From Mayamaea pseudoterrestris (lineage: Eukaryota), in assembly GCA_027923505.1 (NCBI GenBank), contig BROI01000003.1:434001-498000 (forward strand): 64,000 nt of DNA, in the 5' to 3' direction. Shown here in pieces: positions 60,803-64,000 of this stretch; within the stretch, counting starts at the first letter, position 1; each line of letters begins with the position of its first letter. The notes below the pieces were generated by a model. It was not told the origin of the DNA, ran no database searches, and saw nothing but the letters and a program-made list of their open reading frames with translations. The position numbers were made by a program, and so were the translations under genes.

Positions 60803-63800
60803 TTACTCGATGAATCCAAGGAACCGAAACCATGAGAAACCAAGCAATAAAGTAACAAGAATGACCGAGACTAACCAGCTTGTGACTGAGTTTTGATGTC
60901 CGTCATCTGTTTCCGCTACCATATTGCCAAAGAATACATCGTGGAAGGCGTAATCGCTGTCTGCCTCATCCGTGACATTCGCTTGAGCGCGACGGCCACT
61001 CTCGTCGGTTATGGCAGCCTTATTGTCATTGTCCGCCTCAAGATTGCCGTCATTGGCCGTCGGGAGTGATGAAGTCACCGAAACTGAGTCGTCAACGCGA
61101 CTTGATTTCGCAGCTGGACTTCCGCCGTGGGCACTCATATATTCGTCGATGTCGGAATAAAAGGTCGCATCATCCGAGCATGGCGCATGTGCGTTGTGAT
61201 GAGGGCGACTAGGCGACGACAACGGTGAAAGTCCGAACCGTGTAGCCCAGCGCGTGGCCTGGAAAGCAATACCGCTAGTATCATTTGCAACTTCTCCAGA
61301 AATCGACCCAAGATCAGAGGAGTCATCAACCATTGACGCGAAAGCACGTTCCAACTCGAGATTGAATTCCTCTACGCGAATTCCAGGCTCATGATTAGGT
61401 TGGGTCACTGGACGAGCAGGACCCGCAGACATCGACACGCGATTCGTCGTCAGGCTGGTTTGGTGAGGGGTTAAACTTGCGAGCACAGTACATGGTAGCT
61501 TTCGGTTGCCAGGAAGGGTTTCGTCACTGACGCTTCGACTCTTTCGCGATGCCACACGGAGCGTCAATTCACGGCCGCTATCATCATTGTTCATATGCAA
61601 TGCATTCAGAGCGGTAGATGTCTTGACTGGAGCAACCGCGGAAGCAAGAGTTTGCTTTAGAGTAAGCACTGCAACACCGTTGTCCTTGCGGGATGCAGCC
61701 TGTTTGTATGTGCCAGTCATGCGGGCATCCAGAACACTTTTACGATTAGCTGGGACTATCGTGGGCGCTGGCAGCGCGTTTACAGTTGGCATTGCAAGGT
61801 CTAACATGCGTTCGTCCGAGACCGTCATCAAGTCTGTTGGTCGTGATTCCAGAGAATCAGCCTGGGGTACGAGGCGCTTCAAGCTTTTGCCGGCGGCTAT
61901 ATTCAAGGGTCGCTGTCCATTCCGACTGAAACCAATGAAAGAGCCAGCTGCATTGTCAAACTGATCAATTTGAAGCTGCGGCTCCTGCGTTTGCTTTAAG
62001 GTATGACAAGAGACATTCGCATCGGTCAAAGTCTGGTCGAAAAGGGATGCATTTCGTTTGCCACGCTTGGACGGGCGCGGCGTTGCAAATACCGATGATA
62101 CCTTGCTCGAGTCACTCGAGTCATTCGAGTCGGTGCTTCCGTCACAAGTCAATTCAAAGAGCGAATGTGCAGTCGACGTTGTCACGCTGGTGACCAGCAT
62201 TTGCGAATCCGCCACTCCTGCATCCGGCAAGATGTTTTCAATTCCTGACATTGCCTCGGTCGCAAGCTTTGGTTGATCCATTGGACCGTGTTCCTTGGTG
62301 TATATGTCGTCTGGTGCACTCGTCGCTGTACAGATGGATTCCGGAGCAGTCAGCATGCTGCTGGAGGCATTTTTTAAATCCGTCGCGTTCACCGTCATCG
62401 TCAATGATAGGCTTGAATGTTTCGCAGACGGCTGTTCTAATGCCGAACGTTGCTTCTTCTGTCCGACGGGCGATTCATCCTTGGCCTCGGACATGCTTTT
62501 TGTAGAAGCAGCCTTTCGATTCAGTTTGGACTTTGTCTTCTGCTTGATGGCATTGAACAAGGCACCAGCGAGACTGTTAGGTCTGTGTTTCGTCTGAACA
62601 TCCGTAGGCTTGAGTGGAAGACTCTTTTTGCGGCTGCCGTAATACTCATCCATTTTGCGAGGCTTGATGAGCTCCTTGACGCGGGCTAATTGCATATCCA
62701 AGTCAACAGAAGGATGAGCATTCTCGTCCGATGCGTCGACTGACTTAGTGACAAATGGCTTGCCCGCTTGGCTTTCGCTGGAGCCTACGATTTCCGTCAA
62801 ATTCGCAGCCGTCTCCATGTTTGCCGTTTGCTCCAAAGTTGTCAATGCCGCCAATTGATCACCCGCATGACGTCGCATGAGAATCGACGTTCCGCGAGCA
62901 TTCGCCTTGACTACATCCTCGTCATTGCCGCTATTTGCAGTAGTATCTTCAGCCGACTCGAATGACAAGGTGTGGAAATCAAGCGCGTTCTGCGTCAACG
63001 GCTGGGAAGATGCGGTGGAATCCAAACTTTCGCGACTAGGCTTGGCATCATGGACGATCCCAAAGACCAAATCCAGTCCAACCACAAGCTGCGACGTCGC
63101 TGCATTCATACCAGTCGATGCTGGTGTCGGACAAACCTGTCGCTGACGAGCAATCATGATGCGATAGTCGTACTCGTGCGTAGTTGCGGCAAGCATGCTG
63201 GCAAAGCCAAGAGGAGGTTGCTCGCATGCATCAACAACGGCTGCATCAGATTCTGGACTTGTATCGGCAGTTGAGTTTCGACTCTTGCAAGCAGAGTTGT
63301 TCTTGTCGTTCGCATCATCGTCATCAACAATTTTCGTCAAGGGAACTATGGCAGGAACGACATACTCATCGCTGGAAGCAGCGGCATGCGCCAGTTGATG
63401 CTGCTCGAGTGCGACAAACGACTGCAGCAAAACGTCGTGAGCACAAGGTGCTGCAAGCTCGTCGACAGCCACCAATGCCAATGATCCAACTAGAAACGAG
63501 AAATCATCATCGTCTTTGGCATGCTCGACTCCTTGGAGCTTTAAATCGAGCGCCCGGTGCCACCATGGCGCCAAGACGGAAATGTCAAGGTCCGTCGATG
63601 CATCATTTGTTTTGCCGCGCTCCAACATACCAAGCTTTTGATGGCTAACATGACGCAGCAAGAGTCGAACATTTCGCAAATCTTTGGAACTTTCGCGGAG
63701 CTGTTCGAATGAAGAAAGCGTCAATGGTTTCATGGTCGTTGCATTCGTCCGCTTGCTGGCATCACCAGCTCCTGGCTGCTCCTGCATGAATGATGCAATC

Positions 63801-64000
63801 CAAACGCCTTGCGTCATTTCAAAGGGAATCTCCAAGCAGCGTCCTCGACGCGGCAGTGCATCATAGCAATTGTTGTGAAAAACTTGGCGCGCGTAGTCGG
63901 ATAGAGCGGCTCCAGCACTGTTCTCATTGCCATTGACTTCCACCAAGCCTTCCACGATAGCCAAACAAGGTTTGTTGACAAGAAACTTTTGCTCCAGTCG
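60803..64000 (-). CDS. Hypothetical protein >1065 aa, 5' end beyond window; S/A/T/D-rich, C-terminal transmembrane helix (tail-anchored-like)
   Basis: The frame is open from the window edge to the stop at 60803. It ends SWLVSVILVTLLLGFSWFRFLGFIE. No family recognised. Confidence 0.78.
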   Translation of the reverse strand, partial: RLEQKFLVNKPCLAIVEGLVEVNGNENSAGAALSDYARQVFHNNCYDALPRRGRCLEIPFEMTQGVWIASFMQEQPGAGDASKRTNATTMKPLTLSSFEQLRESSKDLRNVRLLLRHVSHQKLGMLERGKTNDASTDLDISVLAPWWHRALDLKLQGVEHAKDDDDFSFLVGSLALVAVDELAAPCAHDVLLQSFVALEQHQLAHAAASSDEYVVPAIVPLTKIVDDDDANDKNNSACKSRNSTADTSPESDAAVVDACEQPPLGFASMLAATTHEYDYRIMIARQRQVCPTPASTGMNAATSQLVVGLDLVFGIVHDAKPSRESLDSTASSQPLTQNALDFHTLSFESAEDTTANSGNDEDVVKANARGTSILMRRHAGDQLAALTTLEQTANMETAANLTEIVGSSESQAGKPFVTKSVDASDENAHPSVDLDMQLARVKELIKPRKMDEYYGSRKKSLPLKPTDVQTKHRPNSLAGALFNAIKQKTKSKLNRKAASTKSMSEAKDESPVGQKKQRSALEQPSAKHSSLSLTMTVNATDLKNASSSMLTAPESICTATSAPDDIYTKEHGPMDQPKLATEAMSGIENILPDAGVADSQMLVTSVTTSTAHSLFELTCDGSTDSNDSSDSSKVSSVFATPRPSKRGKRNASLFDQTLTDANVSCHTLKQTQEPQLQIDQFDNAAGSFIGFSRNGQRPLNIAAGKSLKRLVPQADSLESRPTDLMTVSDERMLDLAMPTVNALPAPTIVPANRKSVLDARMTGTYKQAASRKDNGVAVLTLKQTLASAVAPVKTSTALNALHMNNDDSGRELTLRVASRKSRSVSDETLPGNRKLPCTVLASLTPHQTSLTTNRVSMSAGPARPVTQPNHEPGIRVEEFNLELERAFASMVDDSSDLGSISGEVANDTSGIAFQATRWATRFGLSPLSSPSRPHHNAHAPCSDDATFYSDIDEYMSAHGGSPAAKSSRVDDSVSVTSSLPTANDGNLEADNDNKAAITDESGRRAQANVTDEADSDYAFHDVFFGNMVAETDDGHQNSVTSWLVSVILVTLLLGFSWFRFLGFIE

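Noticed and set aside
60803..64000. Functional link between the tail-anchored-like protein and the nearby P5A dislocase
   Set aside because: Proximity in a eukaryotic genome gives no evidence of a substrate relationship.

Overview
This is eukaryotic nuclear DNA, most likely from a diatom or related photosynthetic stramenopile. The basis is short GT-AG introns, diatom CoDi-style Ty1/copia proteins and a bipartite plastid-targeting peptide. About half of the window is tandem satellite DNA in three arrays with nucleosome-sized units: A (174 bp, 1-3259), B (169 bp, ~16.6-34.85 kb) and C (~356 bp dimer, ~40.4-51.1 kb). The three arrays appear distantly related, and B and C carry dyad symmetries preserved by compensatory substitutions. 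Between A and B lies a retrotransposon nest. It contains a chimeric tandem repeat (13-bp minisatellite + gene-like fragment + inverted copia RNase H fragment) and a decayed copia RT/RH. It also contains a young full-length chromodomain-bearing copia (9374-16070; 395-bp TG..TA LTRs, GTTCC TSD, no TGG-type PBS) inserted into the protease region of an older copia. Host genes are a 3-exon coiled-coil/Q-rich protein, a small plastid-targeted protein, a P5A-ATPase (ATP13A1/Spf1), dymeclin and a partial tail-anchored protein. Parts of array B and a 3597-bp duplication in array C may be long-read assembly artefacts. All alignments were done by eye and no database searches were run.
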